The notes beneath the pieces are model-generated. The model saw only the letters and a list, made by a program, of their open reading frames with translations, was not told the origin of the DNA and ran no database searches. A stretch of 64,000 bases of DNA. It comes from Macrostomum lignano. Lineage: Eukaryota. The position numbers were made by a program, and so were the translations under genes. How positions within the stretch are numbered: the first letter of the stretch is position 1; each line of letters opens with the position of its first letter. Of the stretch, positions 36,284 to 49,104 are shown piece after piece. The DNA is taken from the NCBI GenBank assembly GCA_002269645.1, contig NIVC01002833.1, forward strand, positions 31,539-95,538. Reading direction: 5' to 3'.

Positions 36284-37122
36284 AGGTGCGTGAACCAAAT
36301 ACTCCAGCAGTCAGCAGAAATCAATCAATTGATGAAGACAGTGATTGAGTCGGGGAGCGAGTGGGCATCACGAAGTGACCCCTGTTTACACTTGGTGTCC
36401 CGCGGTGGCCTCAGGCAAGACTTAAAAGTTGTTTAATATTGACTATCACAAGATCGAGCAGTCTTCAGCTGGTCAATTCGAACTGGCTGGCAATGTCCAG
36501 GTGCCCGGACAGCCCCAGAGCACACAGAAACTCGGCAAGTTATTAATAATTTATGCATGAAACAATTGCTTCAGGGCGGGTTTCCTTTCTGCTTTCATTT
36601 GCCGAAAACTTTATCTCCGAGAGCAGGTGAGCGGGAGCTCCGGTTAAGAGTCGGCCTTCTCTCTTGGAAGTTGGAAGTTGGAGCAAATCGATGTGAAATA
36701 TAAAAACACAATCTCAGCAGAAAATTCTGACTCGAGTGCGAAAGCAGCTGATCGATTTTCGATGCCAGAATTGCTTCCGACAGCTTGAAGACCCCAAAGT
36801 CTGACTCGGCGGGTCTCCGCTTAGAAACAGAATCGTCACCACCCCAGGCTTTCATCAGATTGAGCGACCTGAGCGAACCTCGCCGTAATAAATGAAAATC
36901 GCGCTTTCAGTTGTTTGTCACGCTTGAAGAGACAGAAATTAGCGGCAACTCAAGTGAGGCCCCTGGAGGTTGGCTTCTCACTCGATCGATGGCCTCCTGC
37001 CGTCAGTTTTCTCCCCTCATTGGCAATCGCTGATAATATTTCTGTGGCACAATCGGGGGGGGGTGTCCTGGGATTTGAGAGCAGCGATTCTACCGGTAGA
37101 TAGTGAATGGGAGGGACTGAAC

Positions 37123-38215
<1,093 letters not shown>

Positions 38216-39214
38216 TACTTGAGAAATCAATCAGAATTTGCCCAGTGCCTTTCCCAGTCGGGCCAGTGGTTCATGCTGTTGATAGCAAGCTCACTCTGTG
38301 ACTCCCTGGACTTCGGTTGTGAATCTGTTGTTGGTCACGTGCTGGAATTGTCTGGGTTCCCGCAAATGTTTGTCTCCGAGCGACTGCGGTCCGTGTCTCT
38401 CCTAGAAGAAGACAAAGTAGTAGGAAGAAGCGCCCTCTAATTTTTTTATTATGAAAGCAGAAAGGGTGGGCACTTTGGTGACCATGGGCGGACATGTGCC
38501 AAGGAGCCACGCCTGACCAAGTGCGAGACTGGCGCACACGCACAGCACAGATGAAACTCAGAGAGTGTGCGGCTCGTGTGTTCTTCCTCAAGAAATGCCT
38601 TTTTTGCATTCTGCGTTTAGCATTATTAGGCCACGAGCGGCCTGGGAGACTCAGCGCTCACTCGAGGGATATATAAAAAAGTTCTGCCACTTTTAGCGTT
38701 TGACTCGATTTTCCCCTCAGCCAGTTGGAAGTCTGGCCCCGTCCTGGAGATAAACTACAGTGGGGAGAAGTGTCTTAAAAAAAACTTCCCAAACTAGATA
38801 GGAGAATTTGAGGAGACAAAAAAGGGCAGGTGTGTCACAGCTAGTTTTTGTGCGCATAGTCAGAGATATTAGTTGAAGTTACTGCAGGGAGAAGGCAACA
38901 CGTGGCCGGGACCTGAGATTAGCCTAGCGACTATCTATTGTATGAGCATCCAGTCTTAAGTACGCCCTGAACTGGTTTTGTTCAGCTGCGAGCAAAGCTA
39001 ATCTTTAAAATTATCCCAATTATGTGGCATAAAACTTCAGCGCTACATCCTTATGGTTCCCAGACCAGTATGAGGTAACCCTCATCGCTCACTGCTTTCC
39101 TGAAGGCACGATATATCCTGACGCATCGTAAACTCTCCTCATCTGAACAGCATTGAGAGTCTGGGCTATGGCTCTTGTTGCTCCAGTTTACAACGTGTAA
39201 CTACATGTGGAGTG

Positions 39215-40085
39215 AGAGGTGGATCGGGAGACAGAGAGAGAGAGGTAGACAGAGAACAGAGTGAGAGAGGTAGATAGGGACAGAATGAGAGAGGTAGATA
39301 GGGACAGAATGAGAGAGGTAGATAGGGACAGAGTGAGAGAAGTAGATAGGGACAGAGTGAGAGAGGTAGATAGGGACAGAATGAGAGAGGTAGATAGGGA
39401 CAGAGTGAGAGAAGTAGATAGGGACAGAGTGAGAGAGGTAGATAGGGACAGAGTGAGAGAGGTAGATAGGGACAGAGTGAGAGAAGTATATAGGGACAGA
39501 GTGAGAGAAGTAGATAGGGACAGAATGAGAGAGGTAGATAGGGACAGAGTGAGAGAGGTAGATAGGGACAGAATGAGAGAGGTAGATAGGGACAGAGTGG
39601 GAGAGGTAGATAGGGACAGAGTGAGAGAGGTAGATAGGGACAGAGTGAGAGAGGTAGATAGGGACAGAATGAGAGAGGTAGATAGGGACAGAGTGAGAGA
39701 GGTAGATAGGGACAGAATGAGAGAGGTAGATAGGGACAGAGTGAGAGAGGTAGATAGGGACAGAATGAGAGAGGTAGATAGGGACAGAGTGGGAGAGGTA
39801 GATAGGGACAGAGTGAGAGAGGTAGATAGGGACAGAGTGAGAGAGGTAGATAGGGACAGAATGAGAGAGGTAGATAGGGACAGAGTGAGAGAGGTAGATA
39901 GGGACAGAATGAGAGAGGTAGATAGGGACAGAGTGAGAGAGGTAGATAGGGACAGAATGAGAGAGGTAGATAGGGACAGAGTGAGAGAGGTAGACAGGGA
40001 CAGAATGAGAGAGGTAGATAGGGACAGAGTGAGAGAGGTAGATAGGGACAGAATGAGAGAGGTAGATAGGGACAGAGTGGGAGGC
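39215..40085. repeat. 24-mer purine-rich array GAGAGAGGTAGATAGGGACAGA(GT/AT)
   Basis: About 34 units; explains the REVDRDRV ORF. Confidence 0.95.
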
Positions 40086-42757
40086 AGATGAGCAGAGAAA
40101 GTTTCTAAGAATTCACTGAAAGCATGGAATCATCAATTCTCAGTCAGCATTGCAAAGAATGGCAAGCATATTGTGAGACTCTACTCCATGTGGCAATTAG
40201 ATTGCTCAAAAATCGCAGTTATTCCATCAGCTATCGAATTTCGCGGTTATTTATGCCATAGATTTATATATCTATATAATAATATTCCACGATTGAAATC
40301 GAATATCTTAGAGGTGCTCAGAGAGAAAGTCTGTTATGCAGAATAGCTGAGTATCTCACACACCAATTTCAATTTTGACTGACTGAAATGGATGATGAAG
40401 AACCCGAAGCAATTGAAGTGGGGCCACTGATGCCGCTTAAAAATCGCTCGAGAAGCTGGACTGCAGGACTCTGATAGCTGAGGATGGACAGGTTTGAGGA
40501 AACCTGATAACGTCTCATATGCGCCCTTCTACTCAAGATTTTCAAGAGAATGGATGGGCGATGAAAAATATGGCTGGACTGGGGGGCAGGTCATTAGGTT
40601 AATAGATTAAAAGCCCCCCCCCTGAGCCCAGACTCAGGCGCGTGCCCCCCTGACCACTTGTCAAACACAGCGGGGGGCCCCGCGTGCGCTCAAACAAAAA
40701 TGGGCGGTTGAACAAAAAACTGAAATTCCTCAAGTTGCAGGCCCCGAGCCGTTCTGTAATCAAACAGAGGCGCTTCTTAATGGCTGGGTTTGGGACCCGA
40801 TGCCTCAGCTCCATCATCTAACACTGCCATCTTCCCATTGTTCTATTGAATTTGGGAGATATATGGTCAGACATTTGAGTTAGCTCAGACTGGACAATGG
40901 GAATCGTTCCCCCCACTCATTGAGCCTTTGACCACGTGTGACAGAATCCCCCCACCCCCAGCTCGCGAAATTGATGACGCCCCGTCTTTTCTCCACATAA
41001 AGGGAAAGTTAGCGAAAGAGAGGCTCGAAAATAAATGGGCACAATTTGGGGTCAGTCTGTTAGACAGCTGGTGTGTGTGAGTGGGGGTGGGGGATTTTAT
41101 CCCCTCTGGTACGGATGCGTGCCCCGCCGCAGATCGCCGCTTCTCAGACTCCGAGACACGCCCCCCCCCTGCAATCAACGGGCATCGGAGCTTCAGATTA
41201 GCCAAGCCCCCAAAACTTTTTGCCGCTAAAAATTTTCACGCACGGGCGAACAAAACTTGCAGCGTGTCAGAAAGTGTTGCATATGGCATCGAAATTTAAA
41301 TGAGCAGCTGAGCATAAGAATGAGCACTATAGTTCTCAAATTTCTACAAACTCTCGCTCTCTCTCTCTCTCTCTCTCTTCACTTCTTGCGAGAGCCATGC
41401 GAGGGGGGGGCGATTTCGGGCTTAAGCCAGAGAGGATGCTACTACAACTGGTCAGGATCGCAGTCACCTGCCCCTGCCTGCAACAGAAGGTGAGTCCTTG
41501 AGGGAATTGGAATGGCAAAGAGGGATAAGAAGATTGGGGGGCTGAGCAGTTCTCTTCTGCTACTAGGAGAAAGAGGATATGTTAATCCCCAGCAGACGGA
41601 GTCTCCTTGTGTATATATTTATATTGTCCGACAGCTGCCCGCAGTGTTGCTGCACAAATTCGGTTCCTTTTTGTCGCGGCTTTGGATCTGAGAATCCCCT
41701 GGAGATGCAGCACTGACCATGGGAGGCTGGGGCAGACTTGAAGAGGATAATGCCAGGCTGCATGAGTATCAACTTTGCCAAGGCCATTACTGAATGCCCG
41801 CCTGAACTCAATTTCAGCATGTTGACTCAGCCTATGGAAAGTTTTTAATCTGGGCGGCCGTGAGCCAATCTTGTCTATATAAAAGAGAGTTTACCGCTCG
41901 CTCATCAAGCAAAACTGTTTTCTTTGTAAGCATCAGGTGGGGAGGATTGTGTCTCTCCAAGCAGGTCTGTTGACTGCTCTCTCCGTGGCTCTGCCTGCAA
42001 TCGATTTCTGTGATGTTGGCCCGAGAAACACTCAATTTGCTTTTGCCAATATGGCCTGGATCTGGCCTCTGGGCTGCGGCTCTTGCCTGTTGGGAGGCTG
42101 ATGAAGTCTGCGCTGCGCCCTCAGGTGTGTCGGAAACCTGATGGCAACCCCCCTGCTGGCTCGATTCTCGTCATCAAGAAAAACACAGCCTCTCAGCTCC
42201 CCTGCGGCCTCGGATTTCTTCGCACCTTGGCACATCTGGGATAATCCTGCCCATTCCAGGGGATTATTTCCCCTCTCATTTCCCCCCTATTCCCAATTGC
42301 CTGTACTCATCCTGTGAGAAAACCAAGTTTTTTATGCATTAAAGTTGCTAACTAGAACACCTTGGGCGGCCTTCAATTCATTGGGATTCAAATCTTTATT
42401 GCTGAGCAACATGTCCTGTGGGTTCGCCTTTCCCACCGGAGAAGTGGGAAACTTATCTGCTTCCCAGCATCTCTTTGGGATAAATTGGAAATTGCATGCA
42501 AATGGAACCTTAATCCATCTGGTCTTTGCTGCAACTTCAATTTGTGGCTGGCTTCCGCCTTTTCCTTCCCCTCTTATCGAACGGGACACTTAGTAAAACA
42601 AAAACTAAGCGCGAGTTTAAATTTCTTACACTAGACAGATGGCAGATAGTTTAAAATTCAACTGGATCGTTAAAATATTCACGTATTCGTTTACTAATTT
42701 GTATTTGTCATCTGAAGCACATAAGAAAAAGTAATTTACAAATCGCTGATTGAATAA

Positions 42758-42763
42758 TTTATT
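42758..42763 (-). terminator. Candidate polyadenylation signal (AATAAA) of scratch
   Basis: tttatt on +, about 385 nt downstream of the stop codon, inside an AT-rich 3' region. Confidence 0.4.
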
Positions 42764-43145
42764 AGTTTATAAATTAGTACATAAATATGATAAAACCGCC
42801 AATATATGCTGCATAAAACTTTAACAATTGCTTCGTACTTTTAAAGCTTGCAGAATGAAGCATATATAGGCTTACTAATAAAATGGCTTACATAAAAGTG
42901 GCTCATTGTGTATAATATAGTAATTTTTATAAACATAAAAAGTTACAAAGTGTCTTTAAAAGCAAATCATGTTTACAATGACATCTGCTGATATACAAGC
43001 AAGAGAAGCTGAAATTAAAACTTGACGCCTTGTGTGCAACTGTGGTTTAATAATATAATTTTAATGTCATGGTGCTGTATCACAGTGACTTTCACTGCTT
43101 GCTTCATACAAACAAACATTCACATTCACACGCAGTGATGGTCAA

Positions 43146-46100
43146 TCATTGCGAGTTGTCGGCTTGAGCTGCTGATGGAGTCATGCACTCTGCTGAGTCG
43201 GCCCTGGAGTCCGCGTCCATCATGGCATCGGCTGAGACGGAACCGGCAGAGGTCTGGCAGGCCGACTCCTGGTGCTTGTTCAGGTAGGACTTCAGTGCGA
43301 ACGACTTGTCGCACTTTGAGCACCGGAACTGCTTCTCGGCCGAGTGAGTCTGCATGTGGGCGCGCAGGTTCGACCGGTCTGCGAACGCCTTGCCGCAGTG
43401 AGCGCAGCCGAACGGCTTTTCACCTGCGGAACGGTTCCGATTCTCTGGTTAGAAAGGAGTGACATCTGAAGGAGTGACATCTGAAGGAGTGACATCTGAA
43501 GGAGTGACATCTGAAGGAGTGACATCTGAAGGAGTGACATCTGAAGGAGTGACATCTGAAGGAGTGACATCTGAAGGAGTGACATCTGAAGGAGTGACAT
43601 CTGAAGGAGTGACATCTGAAGGAGTGACATCTGAAGGAGTGACATCTGAAGGAGTGACATCTGAAGGAGTGACATCTGAAGGAGTGACATCTGAAGGAGT
43701 GACATCTGAAGGAGTGACATCTGAAGGAGTGACATCTGAAGGAGTGACATCTGAAGGAGTGACATCTGAAGGAGTGACATCTGAAGGAGTGACATCTGAA
43801 GGAGTGACATCTGAAGGAGTGACATCTGAAGGAGTGACATCTGAAGGAGTGACATCTGAAGGAGTGACATCTGAAGGAGTGACATCTGAAGGAGTGACAT
43901 CTGAAGGAGTGACATCTGAAGGAGTGACATCTGAAGGAGTGACATCTGAAGGAGTGACATCTGAAGGAGTGACATCTGAAGGAGTGACATCTGAAGGAGT
44001 GACATCTGAAGGAGTGACATCTGAAGGAGTGACATCTGAAGGAGTGACATCTGAAGGAGTGACATCTGAAGGAGTGACATCTGAAGGAGTGACATCTGAA
44101 GGAGTGACATCTGAAGGAGTGACATCTGAAGGAGTGACATCTGAAGGAGTGACATCTGAAGGAGTGACATCTGAAGGAGTGACATCTGAAGGAGTGACAT
44201 CTGAAGGAGTGACATCTGAAGGAGTGACATCTGAAGGAGTGACATCTGAAGGAGTGACATCTGAAGGAGTGACATCTGAAGGAGTGACATCTGAAGGAGT
44301 GACATCTGAAGGAGTGACATCTGAAGGAGTGACATCTGAAGGAGTGACATCTGAAGGAGTGACATCTGAAGGAGTGACATCTGAAGGAGTGACATCTGAA
44401 GGAGTGACATCTGAAGGAGTGACATCTGAAGGAGTGACATCTGAAGGAGTGACATCTGAAGGAGTGACATCTGAAGGAGTGACATCTGAAGGAGTGACAT
44501 CTGAAGGAGTGACATCTGAAGGAGTGACATCTGAAGGAGTGACATCTGAAGGAGTGAATAAATAGATAAATCTGACTCACCTGTATGCGCCCTGAGGTGG
44601 CCGTTGAGCAGCCAAGGCCGGCTGAATGCTTTGCCGCAGATGTGGCATTTGTGCTTCAAGCTGTGCGTCAGGATGTGCATGGACAGCGCCGGCATGGACA
44701 CGTAGGTCTTGCTGCAGTGCGGACACTTCTTGGCCAGCTGGCTGTCTAGGCTCCGGTGGGTCTGTTTGTGCCGGCTGAGGTTGCTGGAGGTGGCGTAGTC
44801 CTTGCCGCACTCATTGCAGGTGTACCGAGTCCGACACTTGGCGTCGGCGCCAGCGGAGTCGGTCGGATCGCCGACAACCGAGCCCGAGGCTGCCGACGCG
44901 CCCGACTGCAGCGCCGAGTTGCGCTTCCGCGATCGGCCGTCGCTGACGAAGAATGCATCGAAGGTGTACCCGACTGTCACGCCATCCTGGAAGCCGCTGT
45001 TCTTGCCCAGTGACTTCCTGACTGGCGTCGTCTTGATGGACTGCGGCTGCTGCATCTGTGGCGACTCATCGCTGGTGTCCGGCAGCTGCTGCAGCTCCTC
45101 CGTCACCTCCAGCTTCATGCCGTCATCAGCCATCGCCGATGCACCATCGTCGTCTACAACATCGTCAACGATGTAGTCATCGTCAAGAAGTTCGCTGTTC
45201 GCTGCTGCTGGTACTGCTGCTGCTGCTGTCATCGAGTCAGCCGCGTCCTGCAGCTCCTCCTCTGGTGGCTCTGCCTTGAGTCGCTGCCGTTGCTGCTGCT
45301 GCACCTCCCTGCTGGCGTCCTTCAGGCTGAGGTCCTCGGGCAGCAGCGACATCGACAAGGAGGCCTCGTCTGCCAAGTCGAAGGACCTGTGGTGTTCGGC
45401 TGCGAGCGGCAGAGCTGCGGGAGCCTGAGATCCCAGCTGCTGCTGCTGCGGTGTCGGCGGGCTCAGCTGACTGTGGAGCAGCTTCAGGTACTCTGCAAAG
45501 GTCAGCGCACGGTGGGCAGTCATGAGCATCAGGAAGTTTAGCTGAGAGAGAATGCAGACTCCGCAAGCATCGCTATAGATGGCGAGGTCGTGCGTGAAGA
45601 GAGCAAAGTTCGCGCTCGAATTACTGCTCAAGTGCAGCGATTTGAGCGAATCTTCTGTCCCTCTCTCCCTAGATTAAAATTGTCCCTGCACGGTCGGTTA
45701 ATGCTTAGAGGCAACGGTCCCGGACAACAGATGGGTGCTCTTGCGCGTGTGCTGGAGCTAAGATGGGAGATGGACTCAAGCGCACCTACACTTCCCACCC
45801 AATTGCTCCCCATAGCTGAGATTTCGCAACCCAGCCACCTGTCGCGGCCCCCACTTTATGCCGCTCTGCATTGAATATCCAGGCTTTGACACCCTGCCCC
45901 ACACACACGCTCAGAATCGCACAAATAATGTATGCGCGGATGAAGGCGGCTTTTGTCCGCGGCGCGTCTTGGGATTGAAAAATTTATAAAAGGTGGACAG
46001 ACAGACAGTCGCACACACACACACACACACGACCGCCTGCGTCTGTGCCGACTCGTCCGGTATTCTCAAGTGGCCAGTGTGCCCCCTCTGGTCAACAGTT

Positions 46101-46911
46101 TGAGGCCTGTGACCTAACTATTATAAGCCAAACCGTAACGGGTGCCCCCCTGCTTTAGAGTCAGCTGTCTCCCCCTCTGCGGTCTGCAGGCAGCAGTGAC
46201 CCAATCCAATCAGTGACTGTCTATGGCCCTTCCCACCACACCCGTAGCGGACTATTGTGAAGGGTTTGGCTAGGCAAATATAAATAGTGATTGTAGAGTG
46301 GTGGTCGCGTGGCCACAGTATCTATAAGCTAAGGTTTAGATTAGACTATAAAATGATGACGGTGTTGCTGGGACGAGACAGGCGGTTATAAACTTTCTAT
46401 AGTACCGTACTGAATTAATTAAAGTACCGCAATTATATTCGCTCAGCTCACCTAGTCGTCTGGCTTCCAGCTCGGCTGCCGCGTACGCTGACAGAAGCCC
46501 GGGAGCGGCGGCTGCGTACGCCATCTGCAGCTTCGCCGCTGCTGCCGCCGCCGCTGCCGCTGCCGCCTGCTGCTGCTGCTGATGCTGCTGATGCTGCCAC
46601 CAGGTCATGTAGGACAGCATCGTCGAGTACACATCAGCTCCTGACTGGTGCTGCTGAGCCGCTGGCAGGGCTGAGTAGGGCAGGAATGGCAGGGCAGGAT
46701 GGGGCGGATGCTGAGCTGCCGCCAGCGCTGAGAAGTTCTGCTTGGCTGGATATGAGGCCACTGGAGCCACGATGAGGTGCTGCTGCTGCTGCTGACTGCG
46801 ATTCGATGACGATGAAGCTAATGGAGTAGAAGGAGGCGGAGGCTGGGCAGCGGCCGCGGTCAATGAGGCCCGACGGTCGCGCACATCCGCAAGCAGAGTC
46901 TGGATGTCCAT
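43146..46911 (-). CDS. scrt: Scratch-family (Snail superfamily) C2H2 zinc-finger transcriptional repressor, about 549 aa, 3 exons
   Basis: Exons 46911-46452, 45492-44581 and 43423-43146 (1650 nt, phase 1/1). Scratch domain GYTFDAFFVSDGRSRKR. Five fingers: CNECGKDYATSSNLSRHKQTH, CPHCSKTYVSMPALSMHILTH, CHICGKAFSRPWLLNGHLRAH, TGEKPFGCAHCGKAFADRSNLRAHMQTH, CSKCDKSFALKSYLNKH. The start codon is inferred. Confidence 0.92.
43456..44557. repeat. GGAGTGACATCTGAA 15-mer, 73 perfect copies (scratch intron 2)
   Basis: 43456-44550 = 1095 bp = 73 units, plus a partial unit; no variant seen. Confidence 0.98.
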
Positions 46912-47002
46912 GACTGGATAAACTAGGCGCGGAGGCAAGAGAGATACCGGATGAGTCCAAATGGAGTTTTTTGAAGCGAAACTTCCCGTTCGGCCAGCCG
47001 GG

Positions 47003-47010
47003 TATTTATG
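47003..47010 (-). promoter_or_regulatory. TATA-like element (CATAAATA) about 90 nt upstream of the inferred scratch ATG
   Basis: Position and GC-rich context fit a core promoter; motif match only. Confidence 0.3.
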
Positions 47011-47799
47011 CCGCAGCCGCGCTCCAACCTGTGGGGGGGAGGCGGGTCTGGGGAAAGGAGAGGCGGTGGCCAACCACCGAGGATTCTGTGAGTCCGCACC
47101 AACCCCCCATCCACTGCTCAACACGTGAGAGAGCAGCGAAGAGATATGGGGGTGTTGGGGTTGGGGTGGGGCTGCAGCCAATAGGAGACTGAGGCGAATA
47201 AAACCCGGTCTCAGAGTTGGCAGAGTCTCAGTTGAGCTGTTTAAGATTTTGGAGTAGGTGCCAACAGAGCAGAGGGTTCAAGATGTGAAGATGTCCGCTA
47301 TCAGCTTTTTCCGTTAGCGGCTTGCATCTCTCGTTTACCTATTAATGGGCTGAAAACCGCTATTAGCACATCGGCTGGAAGGATGTGAGGTGCGATATTC
47401 GACCGCACAATTTCGCTAACGTTGACCCTAATGTTAAGAATTCGACCCAATACTTGTACACACGCTCCGTAGTGTTAGCACCTCTGTTCGCAGTTGCTGA
47501 CTAACACGCAGATTTGGTGACAATTTAGCCTCGTCACGTTGAGGAAACGGTTATGATGAATGACAGTATGACACAGTTAGATAAAATCTTGAGAATATGT
47601 CTGCAGGTGCCAAGACAGACACGAATTGAATAAGATTTGTGATATGAGCGTATATTCTAGTTTGAGATTTTATAAATCAATGTGATTAAACATGTTTATG
47701 TCCAGTAATTACCTTGTGGAGTGCTTATCATTCAATGGCGCTAGAATGTACAACTTGGAGCCCCGAATGTACAAATTAATGTACGATGCACAATAGTGC

Positions 47800-48475
47800 T
47801 TATATAACCAAATTGGCGCCAGAATGTAAAATCGGCGCCAGAATGGACAGATCAGCGCCAGAATGTAAAAACCGGCGCCAGAATGTACAAATCGGCGCCA
47901 GAATGGACAGATCGGCGCCAGAATGGACAGACAGGCGCCAGAATGTACAAATCGGCGCCAGAATGTACAAATTGGTGCTGATATTGCCAAATTAGCGCTC
48001 GAATGTAAGAATGGCGCCCGATTGTACTGTTGGAGCCAGAATGTACAAATTGGCGCTAGAATGGACAGATCGGCGCCAAAATGTACAAATTGGCGCCCCG
48101 AGTGTACAAATTGGCGATAGAATAGACAGATTGGCGCCAGAATGTACAAATTGGCGCCAAAATGTACAAATTGGCGCTAGAATGTACAAATTGGCGCTAG
48201 AATGGACAGATTGGCGCCAGAATGTACAAGTTGGCGCCAAAATGTACTAATCGGCGCCAGAATGTACAAATTTGCGCCAGAATGTCTGCACTGCAGGTGC
48301 CAACACTGTCTGCAGTGTACAAACGCTCGAATGTACAAATTAGTATCCGAATGTACAAATTAGTATCCGAATGTACAAATTAGTATCCGAATGTACAAAT
48401 TAGTATCCGAATGTACAAATTAGTATCCGAATGTACAAATTAGTATCCGAATGTACAAATTAGTATCCGAATGTA
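47800..48475. repeat. ~20-mer arrays: GGCGCCAGAATGTACAAATT (degenerate), then ATGTACAAATTAGTATCCGA x7
   Basis: Visible directly. Confidence 0.9.
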
Positions 48476-48910
48476 GAAATTTTCAGTTATTTCGCAACCG
48501 ACACCCGAGTCCAGAGATTCAGATTGGCAACAAGCTCAGATCAGGAATAAAGAGGCGTCTCCATCCTATTGCAGCTTAGATTGATGTCGCACCCTTCCCA
48601 AACTGTCTGTCGGCCTCCCTGGCTAGCCGAGAAATTCTGAAAGCATTCCGAACTCAGGAGCTCCGGCATATCGACTTTTTTCCTACGTCAGAGTTGATCG
48701 ATATATTAAGAGCTGGCTAAGGATTAGAAACTAAGCAGAGGGCAAAGCGGCAGATGTGGAAGTCAGATTAAGAGATGTGATATTTAACTTCCCCGTAAGC
48801 TGCAAAGCTGCTTGCTATCGGAGCCTGATTCTCAGTCAGTCAGCTTTGAGCAGGCAGAATGCCGATTCTTCTGATTGACATCTGATTATCGGATGCGCTC
48901 TACAACGGGT

Positions 48911-48948
<38 letters not shown>

Positions 48949-49104
48949 GTGGTGCTGCTGCAATGACTCGAACCACTGTTTTTTGCTTCTATGATCATCA
49001 ACTTATAGTTATTTAGCAGAAGCGTTATTATTAAGAAATTATTAATATTTATTTATTATAATAACGATTTTTTTAGAGTCTGCGAAATTAATGATCATTG
49101 CTGT

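Noticed and set aside
43292-45631. 779-aa ORF read as a single-exon protein with LLQMS repeats
   Set aside because: It is scratch exon 2 running through the intron-2 array. Clear donor (44580) and acceptor (43424) sites restore the HTGEKP linker.
48960-48980. B-box-like GGTTCGAGTC on the minus strand
   Set aside because: No A-box or cloverleaf upstream, so it is not a tRNA or SINE.
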